A DNA stretch of 64,000 nucleotides from Mustelus asterias (Eukaryota): positions 37,076,001 through 37,140,000 of the forward strand of contig NC_135826.1 of the NCBI RefSeq assembly GCF_964213995.1. Direction: 5' to 3'. A program made the translations under genes and the position numbers. The notes beneath the pieces are model-generated. The model worked only from the letters and a program-made list of their open reading frames with translations, ran no database searches and was not told where the DNA came from. This document shows, in pieces, positions 1-11,718 of the stretch. Within the stretch, counting starts at the first letter, position 1, and each line of letters opens with the position of its first letter.

Positions 1-3000
1 AGTGTGTGTCGGGCAGAGTGTAGTGTGTGTCAGGCAGAGTGTAGTGTGTGTCAGGCAGAGTGTATTGTGTGTCGGGCAGAGTGTAGAGTGTGTCGGGCAG
101 AGTGTAGAGTGTGTCAGGCAGAGTGTAGAGTGTGTCGGGCAGAGTGTAGTGTGTGTCAGGCAGAGTGTAGTGTGTGTCGGGCAGAGTGTAGTGTGTGTCG
201 GGCAGAGTGTAGTGTGTGTCGGGCAGAGTGTAGTGTGTGTCGGGCAGAGTGTAGAGTGTGTCGGGCAGAGTGTAGTGTGTGTCGGGCAGAGTGTAGTGTG
301 TGTCGGGCAGAGTGTAGTGTGTGTCGGGCAGAGTGTAGTGTGTGTCAGGCAGAGTGTAGTGTGTGTCGGGCAGAGTGTAGTGTGTGTCGGGCAGAGTGTA
401 GAGTGTGTCGGGCAGAGTGTAGTGTCTGTCGGGCAGAGTGTAGAGAGTGTCAGGCAGAGTGTAGTGTGTGTCAGGCAGAGTGTAGTGTGTGTCGGGCAGA
501 GTGTAGAGTGTGTCAGGCAGAGTGTAGTGTCTGTCGGGCAGAGTGTAGTGTGTGTCGGGCAGAGTGTAGAGTGTGTCGGGCAGAGTGTAGTGTGTGTCGG
601 GCAGAGTGTAGTGTGTGTCGGGCAGAGTGTAGTGTGTGTCGGGCAGAGTGTAGTGTGTGTCGGGCAGAGTGTAGTGTGTGTCGGGCAGAGTGTAGTGTGT
701 GTCGGGCAGAGTGTAGTGTGTGTCAGGCAGAGTGTAGTGTGTGTCGGGCAGAGTGTAGAGTGTGTCGGGCAGAGTGTAGAGTGTGTCGGGCAGAGTGTAG
801 TGTGTGTCGGGCAGAGTGTGTCGGGCAGAGTGTGTCGGGCAGAGTGTAGAGTGTGTCGGGCAGAGTGTAGAGTGTGTCGGGCAGAGTGTAGGGTGTGTCG
901 GGCAGAGTGTAGTGTGTGTCGGGCAGAGTGTAGTGTGTGTCGGGCACAGTGTAGTGTGTGTCGGGCAGAGTGTAGTGTGTGTCAGGCAGAGTGTAGTGTG
1001 TGTCGGGCAGAGTGTAGTGTGTGTCGGGCAGAGTGTAGTGTGTGTCGGGCAGAGTGTAGTGTGTGTCAGGCAGAGTGTAGCGTATGTCGGGGGGAGTGTA
1101 GTGTGTGTCAGGGGAGTGTAGTGTGTGTCAGGCAGAGAGTAGCGTGTGTCGGGGGGAGTGTACAGTGTGTCGGGCAGAGTGTAGTGTGTGTCGGGCAGAG
1201 TGTAGCGTGTGTCGGGGGGAGTGTAGTGTGTGTCGGGCAGAGTGTAGTGTGTGTCGGGCAGAGTGTGTCGGGCAGAGTGTAGAGTCTGTCGGGCAGAGTG
1301 TAGTGTGTGTCGGGCAGAGTGTAGTGTGTGTCGGGCAGAGTGTAGTGTGTGTCGGGCAGAGTGTAGAGTGTGTCGGGCAGAGTGTAGAGTGTGTCAGGCA
1401 GAGTGTAGAGTGTGTCGGGCAGAGTGTAGTGTGTGTCAGGCAGAGTGTAGTGTGTGTCGGGCAGAGTGTAGTGTGTGTCGGGCAGAGTGTAGTGTGTGTC
1501 GGGCAGAGTGTAGTGTGTGTCGGGCAGAGTGTAGTGTGTGTCGGGCAGAGTGTAGTGTGTGTCGGGCAGAGTGTAGTGTGTGTCGGGCAGAGTGTAGTGT
1601 GTGTCGGGCAGAGTGTAGTGTGTGTCGGGCAGAGTGTAGTGTGTGTCAGGCAGAGTGTAGTGTGTGTCGGGCAGAGTGTATTGTGTGTCGGGCAGAGTGT
1701 AGAGTGTGTCGGGCAGAGTGTAGTGTCTGTCGGGCAGAGTGTAGAGTGTGTCAGGCAGAGTGTAGTGTGTGTCGGGCAGAGTGTAGTGTGTGTCGGGCAG
1801 AGCGTAGAGTGTGTCGGGCAGAGTGTAGTGTCTGTCGGGCAGAGTGTAGTGTGTGTCGGGCAGAGTGTAGTGTGTGTCGGGCAGAGTGTAGTGTGTGTCG
1901 GGCAGAGTGTAGTGTGTGTCGGGCAGAGTGTAGAGCGTGTCGGGCAGAGTGTAGAGTGTGTCGGGCAGAGTGTAGTGTGTGTCGGGCAGAGTGTAGTGTG
2001 TGTCGGGCAGAGTGTAGTGTGTGTCGGGCAGAGTGTAGTGTGTGTCAGGCAGAGTGTAGTGTGTGTCGGGCAGAGTGTAGTGTGTGTCGGGCAGAGTGTA
2101 GAGTGTGTCGGGCAGAGTGTAGAGTGTGTCGGGCAGAGTGTAGTGTGTGTCGGGCAGAGTGTACTGTCTGTCGGGCAGAGTGTACTGTCTGTCGGACAGA
2201 GTGTAGTGTGTGTCGGGCAGAGTGTGTCGGGCAGAGTGTAGTGTGTGTCAGGCAGAGTGTACTGTCTGTCGGGCAGAGTGTACTGTCTGTCGGGCAGAGT
2301 GTACTGTCTGTCGGACAGAGTGTAGTGTGTGTCGGGCAGAGTGTGTCGGGCAGAGTGTAGAGTGTGTCGGACAGAGTGTAGTGTGTGTCGGGCAGAGTGT
2401 AGTGTGTGTCGGGCAGAGTGTGTCGGGCAGAGTGTAGAGTGTGTCGGACAGAGTGTAGTGTGTGTCGGGTAGAGTGTGTCGGGCAGAGTAGTGTGTGTCG
2501 GGCAGAGTGTAGTGTGTGTCGGGCAGAGTGTGTCGGGCAGAGTGTAGAGTGTGTCGGGCAGAGTGTAGAGTGTGTCGGGCAGAGTGTAGAGTGTGTCGGG
2601 CAGAGTGTGTCGGGCAGAGTGTAGAGTGTGTCGGACAGAGTGTAGTGTGTGTCGGGCAGAGTGTGTCGGGCAGAGTGTACTGTCTGTCGGACAGAGTGTA
2701 GTGTGTGTCAGGCAGAGTGTGTCGGGCAGAGTGTAGAGTGTGTCGGGCAGAGTGTAGAGTGTGTCGGGCAGAGTGTAGAGTGTGTCGGGCAGAGTGTAGA
2801 GTGTGTCGGGCAGAGTGTAGTGTGTGTCGGGCAGAGTGTGTCGGGCAGAGTGTAGAGTGTGTCGGGCAGAGTGTGTCGGGCAGAGTGTAGAGTGTGTCGG
2901 GCAGAGTGTACTGTCTGTCGGACAGAGTGTAGTGTGTGTCGGGCAGAGTGTGTCGGGCAGAGTGTAGAGTGTGTCGGGCAGAGTGTAGAGTGTGTCGGGC

Positions 3001-3010
3001 AGAGTGTAGC
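1..3010. repeat. Tandem array, 21-bp unit GTCGGGCAGAGTGTAGTGTGT with 14-bp deletion variants; runs off the window start
   Basis: Visible directly; explains the CVGQSVV / CRAECSV heptapeptide ORFs. Confidence 0.97.
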
Positions 3011-3178
3011 ATTTGTCAGGTAAAGTGTAGAGTGTATCTGGATAATTTAGGAAGATGCCAATAAGCTTCCCAAAGCTTCAAATGATGGGGTTAATTTTCC
3101 ACTCTCTGCTCCTCTGCCTTTCTGTCCTCGCTCCACAATTGGTCTGATTTTCCATTATAAATTTCCACAAAAGCATGC

Positions 3179-4990
3179 AAAGAACAAAGAACAAAGAACA
3201 ATACAGCACAGGAACAGGCCCTTTGGCCTTCCAAGCCCGTGCCGCTCCCTGGTCCAAACTAGACCATTCTTTTGTATCCCTCCATTCCCACTCCGTTCAT
3301 ATGGCTGTCTAGATAAGTCTTAAACGTTCCCAGTGTGTCCGTCTCCACCACCTTGCCTGGCAGCGCATTCCAGGCCCCCACCACCCTCTGTGTAAAATAT
3401 GTCCTTCTGATATCTGTGTTAAACCTCCCCCCCTTCACCTTGAACCTATGACCCCTCGTGAACGTCACCACCGACCTGGGGAAAAGCTTCCCACCGTTCA
3501 CCCTATCTATGCCTTTCATAATTTTATACACCTCTATTAAGCCTCCCCTCATCCTCCGTCTTTCCAGGGAGAACAACCCCAGTTTACCCAATCTCTCCTC
3601 ATAACTAAGCCCCTCCATACCAGGCAACATCCTGGTAAACCTCCTCTGTACTCTCTCCAAAGCCTCCACCTCCTTCTGGTAGTGTGGCGACCAGAACTGG
3701 ACGCAGTATTCCAAATGCGGCTGAACCAACGTTCTATACAACTGCAACATCAGACCCCAACTTTTATACTCTATGCCCCGTCTTATAAAGGCCAGCATGC
3801 CATATGCCTTCTTCACCACCTTCTCCACCTGTGACGCCACCTTCAAGGATCTGTGGACTTGCACACCCAGGTCCCTCTGCGTATCTACACCCTTTATGGT
3901 TCTGCCATTTATCGTATAGCTCCTCCCTACATTATTTCTACCAAAATGCGTCACTTCGCATTCATCTGGATTGAACTCCATCTGCCATTTCTTTGCCCAA
4001 ATTTCCAGCCTATCAATATCCTTCTGTAGCTTCTGACAATGCTCCTCACTATCTGCAAGTCCTGCCAATTTTGTGTCGTCCACAAACTTACTGATCACCC
4101 CAGTTACACCTTCTTCCAGATCGTTTATATAAATCACAAACAGCAGAGGTCCCAATACAGAGCCCTGCGGAACACCACTCGTCACAGGCCTCCAGCCGGA
4201 AAAAGACCCTTCCACTACCACCCTCTGTCTTCTGTGACCAAGCCAGTTCTCCACCCATCTAGCCACCTCCCCCTTTATCCCATGAGATCCAACCTTTTTC
4301 ACCAGCCTACCATGAGGGACTTTGTCAAACGCTTTACTAAAGTCCATATAGACGACATCCACAGCCCTTCCCTCGTCAACCATTCTAGTCACTTCTTCAA
4401 AAAACTCCACCAGGTTAGTGAGGCATGACCTCCCTCTCACAAAACCATGCTGACTATCATTAATGAGTTTATTCCTTTCTAAATGCGCATACATCCTATC
4501 TCTAAGAATCTTCTCCAACAACTTCCCCACCACGGACGTCAAGCTCACCGGCCTATAATTATCCGGATTATCCTTCCTACCCTTCTTAAATAATGGGACC
4601 ACATTAGCTATCCTCCAATCCTCTGGGACCTCACCTGTGTCCAGTGACGAGACAAAGATTTGCGTCAGAGGCCCAGCGATTTCATCTCTTGTCTCCCTGA
4701 GCAGCCTTGGATAGATTCCATCAGGCCCTGGGGATTTGTCAGTCTTTATATTCTCTAACAAACCTAACACTTCCTCCCTTGTAATGGAGATTTTCTCCAA
4801 CGGTTCAACACTCCCCTCCGAGACACTCCCAGTCAACACATCCCTCTCCTTTGTGAATACCGACGCAAAGTATTCATTTAGGATCTCCCCTACTTCTTTG
4901 GGCTCCAAGCACAATTCCCCACTTTTGTCCCTGAGAGATCCGATTTTTTCCCTGACAACCCTTTTGTTCCTAACATATGAATAAAATGCA
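3179..4990 (-). mobile_element. 5'-truncated young CR1-clade LINE (HER1-like); ORF2 reverse-transcriptase part open at 3259-4914
   Basis: RT motifs NYRPVSLTS, DFSKAFDKVPH, GVPQGSVLGPLLF, YINDL, KFVDDTKL; C-terminal HLEYCVQFWSP; (GTTCTTT)n 3' tail. Confidence 0.95.
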
Positions 4991-5346
4991 GATTATATTC
5001 AGTAGGATGCAGCAATTCCAGTGCATTCACAATGCAATAGTATATAAGTGTTGGATGCTGCTGGTAACCAGTAATGTGAGGATGGCTGAATATTGAGTCC
5101 TTTGGGGAACAGGGAGGTTTTATAGAACCTTCCCTTCCGGAAGTTCAGTCTGCCTGGTTAGACTGCGCAAATGACTGCAATTTTTCTTGCCATTTTGTAC
5201 TCCTCCTTTATACTTTCTCCCCTTGTAGACCAGCCAACCATGCCAGCATGTTGACAACTATGATAGGCTAGGTTCAATGTGGATGAAAAAGAACATAGTT
5301 TAGAGGGAATTTATGATACGGTTAGATTGTACACTGGTTGTGGAAA

Positions 5347-5675
5347 TCATAGAAATGAAATCATAGAAACCCTACAGTGCAGAAGGAGGCCATTCGGCCC
5401 ATCGAGTCTGCACTGACCACAATCCCACCCAGGCCCTACCCCCCCATATTTTACCCGCTCATCCCTCTAACCTACACATCCCAGGACTCTAAGGGGCAAT
5501 TTTTTTAACCTGGCCAATCAACCTAACCCGCTCATCTTTGGACTGTGGGAGGAAACCGGAGCACCCGGAGGAAACCCACTCAGACACGAGGAGAATGTGT
5601 AAATTCCACACAGACAGTGACCCGAGCCGGGAATCGAACCCGGGACCCTGGAGCTGTGAAGCAGCAGTGCTAATA
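5347..5675 (-). mobile_element. HE1-type tRNA-derived V-SINE
   Basis: B-box GGTTCGATTCCC, V core GGTTTCCTCCGGGTGCTCCGGTTTCCTCCCACA, CR1-like 3' tail ending in TTTCTATGA repeats. Confidence 0.85.
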
Positions 5676-6664
5676 CAGGAGATGAAATGAATGAGACAAT
5701 AAGACAGTGAAGCATACATACGATGGGAAGGAATTAATTGAATCAGATAGGGCTGTTTTTCCCAAATTGAGTTCCACGGGATCCTGGAAGAGGCATCCAG
5801 GTGTCCCACAGTACGTTTGGACCTTGTAAATTTGAAAAAAGAAGCTGTCCTTCCATCTTCAAATCATAGAATCCTACAGTGCAGCACGAGGCCATTCTGC
5901 CCATCGAGCCCACACTGGCAACAATCCCACCCAGGCCCTATCCCCATAACGTCATGTATTTACCCTGCTAATCCCCTGGCACTGAGGGGCAATTTAGCAT
6001 GGCCAATCAACCTAACCCACACATCTTTGGACTATTCAATCAGAGAAGGTTTTCACACTGTGTTGGCAACTGATAGGCTGACTAGTGTGCCTATCAGCAG
6101 CCAATGCACTGAGAAGCCAGCCTCTGATTGGACAAGCTGGAAATAGCGGCAAATTGAGAATTCAAAGACCTGGGCAAGGGCAAGAGTGAAGGAAAGCGGG
6201 AGGCGGAGCAAGGTAGATAATAGCCATGGGTCAGGAGGAAGCGTGTGTGTGTGTGTGTGGGGCGCATGTGTTTGTGTGTGTAAAAGGTGTGGGTGAATGT
6301 GTGTGAGTGGCTGATATGAGAATCTAGCTCTTCAGCAGAATTCTGAATATTAAACAAATATGAGGGCAATAAAGTAGCATTAGTCCTCCCATTAAAAATG
6401 ACAAAAAGAAGGTAAGAAGTAAGTACTTTGTTAAATAAGATAATTTTTAATACTAATGAATGTATACAGATAAGAAGTAGAAAAAACTTCTATATATTTG
6501 TTTTTGTATCTTTGTCCCTATTGAGCAAAACCAATCAAGTTTTTGTGGTTTAGTTCTTCAATATAATAAGTGTGTTTCTCAAGTGTTCCGTCAGTACCCT
6601 TGGTAGGTCAAAAGGGTTCTGTGTCTGCCAAAGTTTGAGAAACCCTGAGGTAGGGTGTCCACTG

Positions 6665-7605
6665 TCATAGAGTAATACAGAACATAAAGAGGCCCTTCAG
6701 CCCATTGTGTCTGGGTTGGCCATCAAGCACCTATCTATTCTAGTGCCACTTTCCAGCACTTGGTCCGTAGCTTTGTATGCTATGGCATTTCAAGTGCTTG
6801 TCTAAACTCTTCTTCAATGTTGTGAGGGTTCCCGTCTCCCCCACTAAAGGAAAGGTTTCTTCCTATCTACCCTATCTATGTCCTTCATATTTTGTATACC
6901 TCAAACAGGTCCCCCCTCAGCTTTCTCTGCTCTAAGGTTTACCAAGATGTTACCTGGTATGAGGGATATTAGCTATGAGGAGAGATTGAATGAACTGGGA
7001 TTGTTCTCCCTGAGGGGCGACCTGATGGAAGTTTATAAAATTATGAGGGGCATAGAACGGGTGAACAGTTGGAAGCTTTTTCCCAGGGCAGAAATGACAA
7101 TTACAAGGGGGCACAAGTTCAAGGTAAGGGGGGAAAGGTTCAGTGGAGTTATTGACCCCTTAGTAGAGGGGTCAATCAGGGGGTATGGATTTAAGGTAAT
7201 GGGCAGGAGATTTAGAGGAGATTTGAGGAAAAACCTTTTCACCTTGAGGCCAGTGGGAATCTGGAATTCACCCCCTGAAGTAATGGAGGAGATGGAAAAC
7301 CTCACAATATTGAAGAAGAGTTTAGCTACGGACCAAGTGCTGGAAAGTTTTTTTACACAGAGGGTAGTGGTGGCCCAGAATGCACTGCCAAGTGAGGTGG
7401 TTGAGGCAGATATGTTAGCGACATTTAAGACTTATCTGGATAGACACATGAACAGACGGAGAATAAAGGAATACAGGCGGTTAATCTAGAAAGGACAACG
7501 TGATCGGCGCAGGCTTGGAGGGCCAAAGTGCTGTACTGTTCTTTTATTTTTTGTTCTTGTTCTAAGGAAAACAACCCCAGCCTAACCAGCCTCTCTTTGT
7601 AGCTT
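6665..7605. mobile_element. Nested CR1 fragments: minus-strand CR1 3' end interrupted by a plus-strand CR1 3' end (6938-7560)
   Basis: TSD TCTAAGG at 6931-6937 and 7561-7567; ORF 6878..7489 encodes CR1 ORF2 C-terminal peptides. Confidence 0.8.
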
Positions 7606-8465
7606 CATTGTCTATCAGGTGTGGTTAACTAGATGACGTAGAGTTTACAATGGGCTGTGAGAGGAAATTAAATGGGTAAAATATAGTCCATTGTAAAATG
7701 TACATGGTCTGTGTGAGAAGATGGATGAGATGCGGTTAATCATAGACGAAAGAGTATATCAGCTGTGCAAGGAGATTAGACGGGTGAGGTGGTGTCTATG
7801 ATAGATTATAGGGTGGAATAGGACAATGGGTAGAACGCTTGTATCCCTGTTCTCATTTCTTTCAGGTCCTGTCACGGTGCCTGTAATAATGACAACAACA
7901 AGTTTGAGCTTGCTAATAGTCACACACAGTCAGATTTTAAGTTCCATCTCCTTATCCTCTGCACTATAACCGAACCTCAAGACTTTTGAATGAAGTCGAC
8001 TATGGATCAATGTATGATTTGGAGTGTGACTGATAAAGCCAAATATCCCAAAGATCCCTAAATCCCACTGTGAGCAGCTACAAGTTTATTTGGGAATGAA
8101 CGTTGGGACAGGCCGGACATGAGAGATTGCCGCAGAACTCAGGCCACTAAAGGATGCCAGGAAATAGGAACCCTGAGCTCCTTTGCAATTATCTGATTAA
8201 ATACAACTTGGCGAAAGGTTGGTTAGAATTTACTGTGTGGCCGCAGCAACAAGCATCTCCAGAGCACAAGGCTCCTGCTCTGCAGGGATCATTTACATGC
8301 TCTCTCTAATTATTCAGGGCCATCATTTTGTAAAAACGTGTCCCAATTAGTGAACAGCCAGCCTCGATAATTAGAGAGCACGAGTTTCCTTTGCTAATGC
8401 ACTCCCTCGTCTCGATGAGCCAGTTAATTTTAACATTTGGCTGCTTTATATTTACTTTTCCACAG

Positions 8466-8585
8466 ACGTCGATGAATGTTCCAGCAGCCCTTGTGTGAAT
8501 GGTGACTGCGTTAACACACCCGGCGCTTACCACTGCAAGTGTCACGATGGTTTCCAGAGTACTGCCACCAAGCAGGCCTGTATCG
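8466..8585 (+). CDS. FBN3: Fibrillin exon, cbEGF3
   Basis: cacag|AC..G|gtgag; [40 protein letters not shown]; 120 nt. Confidence 0.95.
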
Positions 8586-9234
8586 GTGAGTCCAGCCACA
8601 GAGATCAGAGTCTGCAAACTCCTCCTCAACCAGTTAATGAATGCATTCTGTTTGTCCCCACAGCTCACTGGTTCCACCTTAATCTTGTTATTACCTATAT
8701 ATTGATATGGTTTATTGGCAACGATAAGATAATGCACTGGGAACAATTTTAACATAGCTTTGCAGATCTCTACTAAAACAAATACGACACAAATCAAATG
8801 TCCTCCCTCCTCTTCTATTTAGAACAACTACAGTCATTTGCATTTACATTTATGAGTTGGAATACTCTCCCCTTGCCTGGGTGAGTGCAGCTCCAACAAC
8901 AATCAGGAAGCTTGTGTTCATCCAGCTCGCTTGATTAGCACCCCAGCCACGAATGTTCATTCCTTTCACCACCAGAAAACAGTGAGAGCCGTGAGTACCA
9001 CCTTCAAGATGCACTGCAGGAACTCACCAAGATTCCTGAGACAGCGCCTTCCAAACCCACGACTGCTACCATCTAGAAGGACAAGGGCAGCAGATAGCTG
9101 GGAATACCACCACCTGGAAGTTCCCCTCCAAGTCACTCACCATCCTGACTTGGAAATATATCGCCATTCCTTTACTGTCTCCAGGTCAAAGTACTAGAAT
9201 TCCCTCCTTAACAGCACTTTGAGTCTCCCTACAT

Positions 9235-9380
9235 AGCAGATACCCACTCCATCTGACGAAGGAGCAGCGCTCCGAAAGCTAATGGCATTTGCTACCAAAT
9301 AAACCTGTTGGACTTTAACCTGGTGTTGTTAAAACTCTTACTGTGTTTACCCCAGTCCAACGCCGGCATCTCCACATCAT
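9235..9380 (+). mobile_element. Short Penelope-like pLTR insertion (family A)
   Basis: 12-bp TSD GTCTCCCTACAT at 9223-9234 and 9381-9392; same sequence as the pLTR at 62894-63094. Confidence 0.8.
9249..9285 (+). ncRNA. Minimal type I hammerhead ribozyme motif
   Basis: ccat-CTGACGA-a-ggagc/agc/gctcc-GAAA-gc-TA-atgg: stem I ccat/atgg, 5-bp stem II, palindromic AGCT stem III. Confidence 0.7.
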
Positions 9381-9726
9381 GTCTCCCTACATCACATGGA
9401 CTGTGGTGGTTTAAGAAGGCAAATCACTATCACCTTCTCAAGGGCAATTAGGAATGGGCAACAAATGTTGGTCTATCCAGCAGCGCCCACATCCCACAAA
9501 TGAATTTTTTAAAAGCCATAGCAAATTTAGTATAGTAAACTGTCCCAAGGCACTTCACAGAGAGAGAAATTTGACACCAGCCACAGAAGGGGATGTTACG
9601 ACAAGTGATCGAAAGCTTGGTGCAAGAGGTAAGATTTAGGAGTGATTTAAAGGGAGATAGAGAGGCGGAGAAGTTTAGGACCAATATTCCAGACTTCAGG
9701 ACTTACATAGCTATCAATGGTCAATG

Positions 9727-10050
9727 AGCAGCATGGTGGCACAGTGGTTAGCACTGCTGCCTCGCAGCGCCAGGGACCCTGGTTCAATTCTGGCTTCGGG
9801 TCACTGTCTGTGTGGAGTTTGCAAGTTCTCCCCGTGTCTGCGTGGGTTTCCTCCAGGTGCTCTGGTTTCCTCCCATGGTCCAAAGATGTGCGGGTTAGGT
9901 GGATTGGCCATGCTAAATTGCCCCTTAGTGTCTGGGGGACTAGCTGGGCCTGAATGCATAGGGATAGGGCCTGGGTGGGATTGTTGTCAGTGCAGGCTCG
10001 ATGGGCTGAATTGCCTCCTTCTGCACTGTAGGGATTCTTTGATTCTATGA
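9727..10050 (+). mobile_element. HE1-type V-SINE
   Basis: tRNA-like head TGGCACAGTGG..GGTTCAATTC, V core, CR1-like tail. Confidence 0.85.
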
Positions 10051-11030
10051 AAGAAGTTGGGAATTCGCACCATGTTTTTAAGCTGATGGGAGATTAGGAA
10101 TTCATCCATCGCTGCACAGAATCAGACCTGGGCTCTATTAACTCCTGGACCTCATTAAAATTCCCGGGTTTACTTTCTGCCCAGGACAGGGAAGAAGAGG
10201 CTGCCGGCCTGAGGACCGGGCATCCAAAGGAAAACAACACGTCGACAACAACAGCATTTGGGAAGTCTGGGCTCGGAGAACACGGCTACGGATTACATGA
10301 GTGTGCTGTAGCTGTCCTGGGTTCGAGCCCAGGAATTGTGAAAGCTCTTGTTCCCATTATCTCATTGAGTGCAGTCAATGCATCAAAATACCAGATGCAG
10401 CAAACTCACACAAGCGTCCTTTCATTTCAAATTTCTAGCTGCTGTGGTTTGGACTGTTTAGATTGCTGCCCACTGAGAGTTCAATTTGCCCGTTTCCAGA
10501 TCCATTTTACTCAGAAATCTAAACAGATGTTGGCAAGAGATGTTTGCAGCATCTGTCTAGGCTGGACTCAAACCCAGGAACTGGAGGCGAGAGGGACGGC
10601 CTGGTGGTTGATCATATTTCACTGTTGCCACCAGAGAGTTACTGGCAGCAATGCCAAAAGTAACCGGCACTACCCATGCCCCAGGGGGGTGGGGGGTGGG
10701 GGGGGGGGGGGGGGGGGGGGCACCACCATTTTGTTCTGGTTGTGCTGTGTTTGTGTTGAACTGGAAGCTGATCCGACATTTAAATGGGGATCAATATCCC
10801 ATTGAATTTCTTCTAAAGTGGATTTTCGGAAAAACATGATGCCGTACATCTTTATACAGGCACGGTTACTCCAGAAATCCCTTTGGGAATATACATGCAG
10901 TAATGTCACCGTGGATCTCATAGGGGTGTTGTGTTTGTGACAGCCTTATTAGTCTGATCAGACATGATTCTCACACACCAGCAGTGTGAAATTTGGAAGC
11001 TTGAGTCCAGAGCCAGACTCGAGTGAAGGA

Positions 11031-11132
11031 ACAAAAACAGAAAATGCTGGAAAATCTCAGTAGGCCTGACAGCATCTGTGGAGAGAGAATAGAGCTAGCA
11101 TTTCGGGTCTGTACAACCCTTCATCAGAGAGT
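11031..11132 (-). mobile_element. PLE pLTR fragment (family B) with degenerate hammerhead motif
   Basis: Reverse complement reads CTGATGA-a-gggtt..agaccc-GAAA-tgct-agct; matches copies at 14731 and 32518. Confidence 0.6.
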
Positions 11133-11592
11133 GCTTAACTCACTGCCACTTCTCTATCAGGTGAAGGAATTGTCCCCAAGCCCCATTGCTGGAAGCTGGG
11201 GAGCTTTGCCATTGTGCATGCATTCCTTAAATTCCAATTGCCAGAATCTTACCACCGTTCACGCCGGTGGGATTTTCCCATCCCGCCGCGGTGAATGGAG
11301 ATTTGGCTGGCTGCCAAATTCTCCGACTTCGCTGCAGTGGGAGGGTGGCATGAATGGCAAGTAAGATCGCGCCCAATGTGTGCCAGATCTTTTATATCAA
11401 GGTCAGCCTCTGATGATGGGATCCTTTCCAAAGCTTTCTCAGATGGTATAACAGGACCACTAGTGATCTTTCTTCAGGGACATGGCTCTTAATGCCAACT
11501 CAAGTTGGCCAGGTGACAGGAGAATGCAGTTGACATCTGGATGGGTGACATCCTAAAAATCTTCTTTTTAAAATTCCTCTTTTGTTCTTTAG

Positions 11593-11718
11593 ATATAGAC
11601 GAGTGTATCCAGAACGGGGTTTTATGCAGGAACGGCCGGTGTGTTAACACTGACGGAAGCTTCCAATGTATCTGCAACGCTGGCTTCGAGCTCACCCCTA
11701 ATGGAAAGAACTGCATTG
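11593..11718 (+). CDS. FBN3: Fibrillin exon, cbEGF4
   Basis: tttag|..|gtaag; [42 protein letters not shown]; 126 nt. Confidence 0.95.

Larger units (their letters stand above)
8850..9505 (+). mobile_element. Old CR1/L2-clade LINE 3' fragment, interrupted by a PLE insertion; related copies near 12345-13095(-), 25010-25315(-), 46530-46850(+), 51225-51480(-)
   Basis: Shared block CCATCTAGAAGGACAAGGGCAGCAG..GGAAGTTCCCCTCCAAGTCACTCACCATCCTGACTTGGAA. Confidence 0.7.

Noticed and set aside
2-3012. Long Cys-rich ORFs (CRAECSV / CVGQSVV repeats)
   Set aside because: Translations of a stop-free 21-bp tandem repeat, open in several frames, with no unique coding flanks.
7866-7970. Strong polypyrimidine-AG acceptor as a possible upstream fibrillin exon (EGF4)
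   Set aside because: The phase-1 frame has no EGF cysteine pattern and hits TAA; the preceding exon probably lies upstream of the window.
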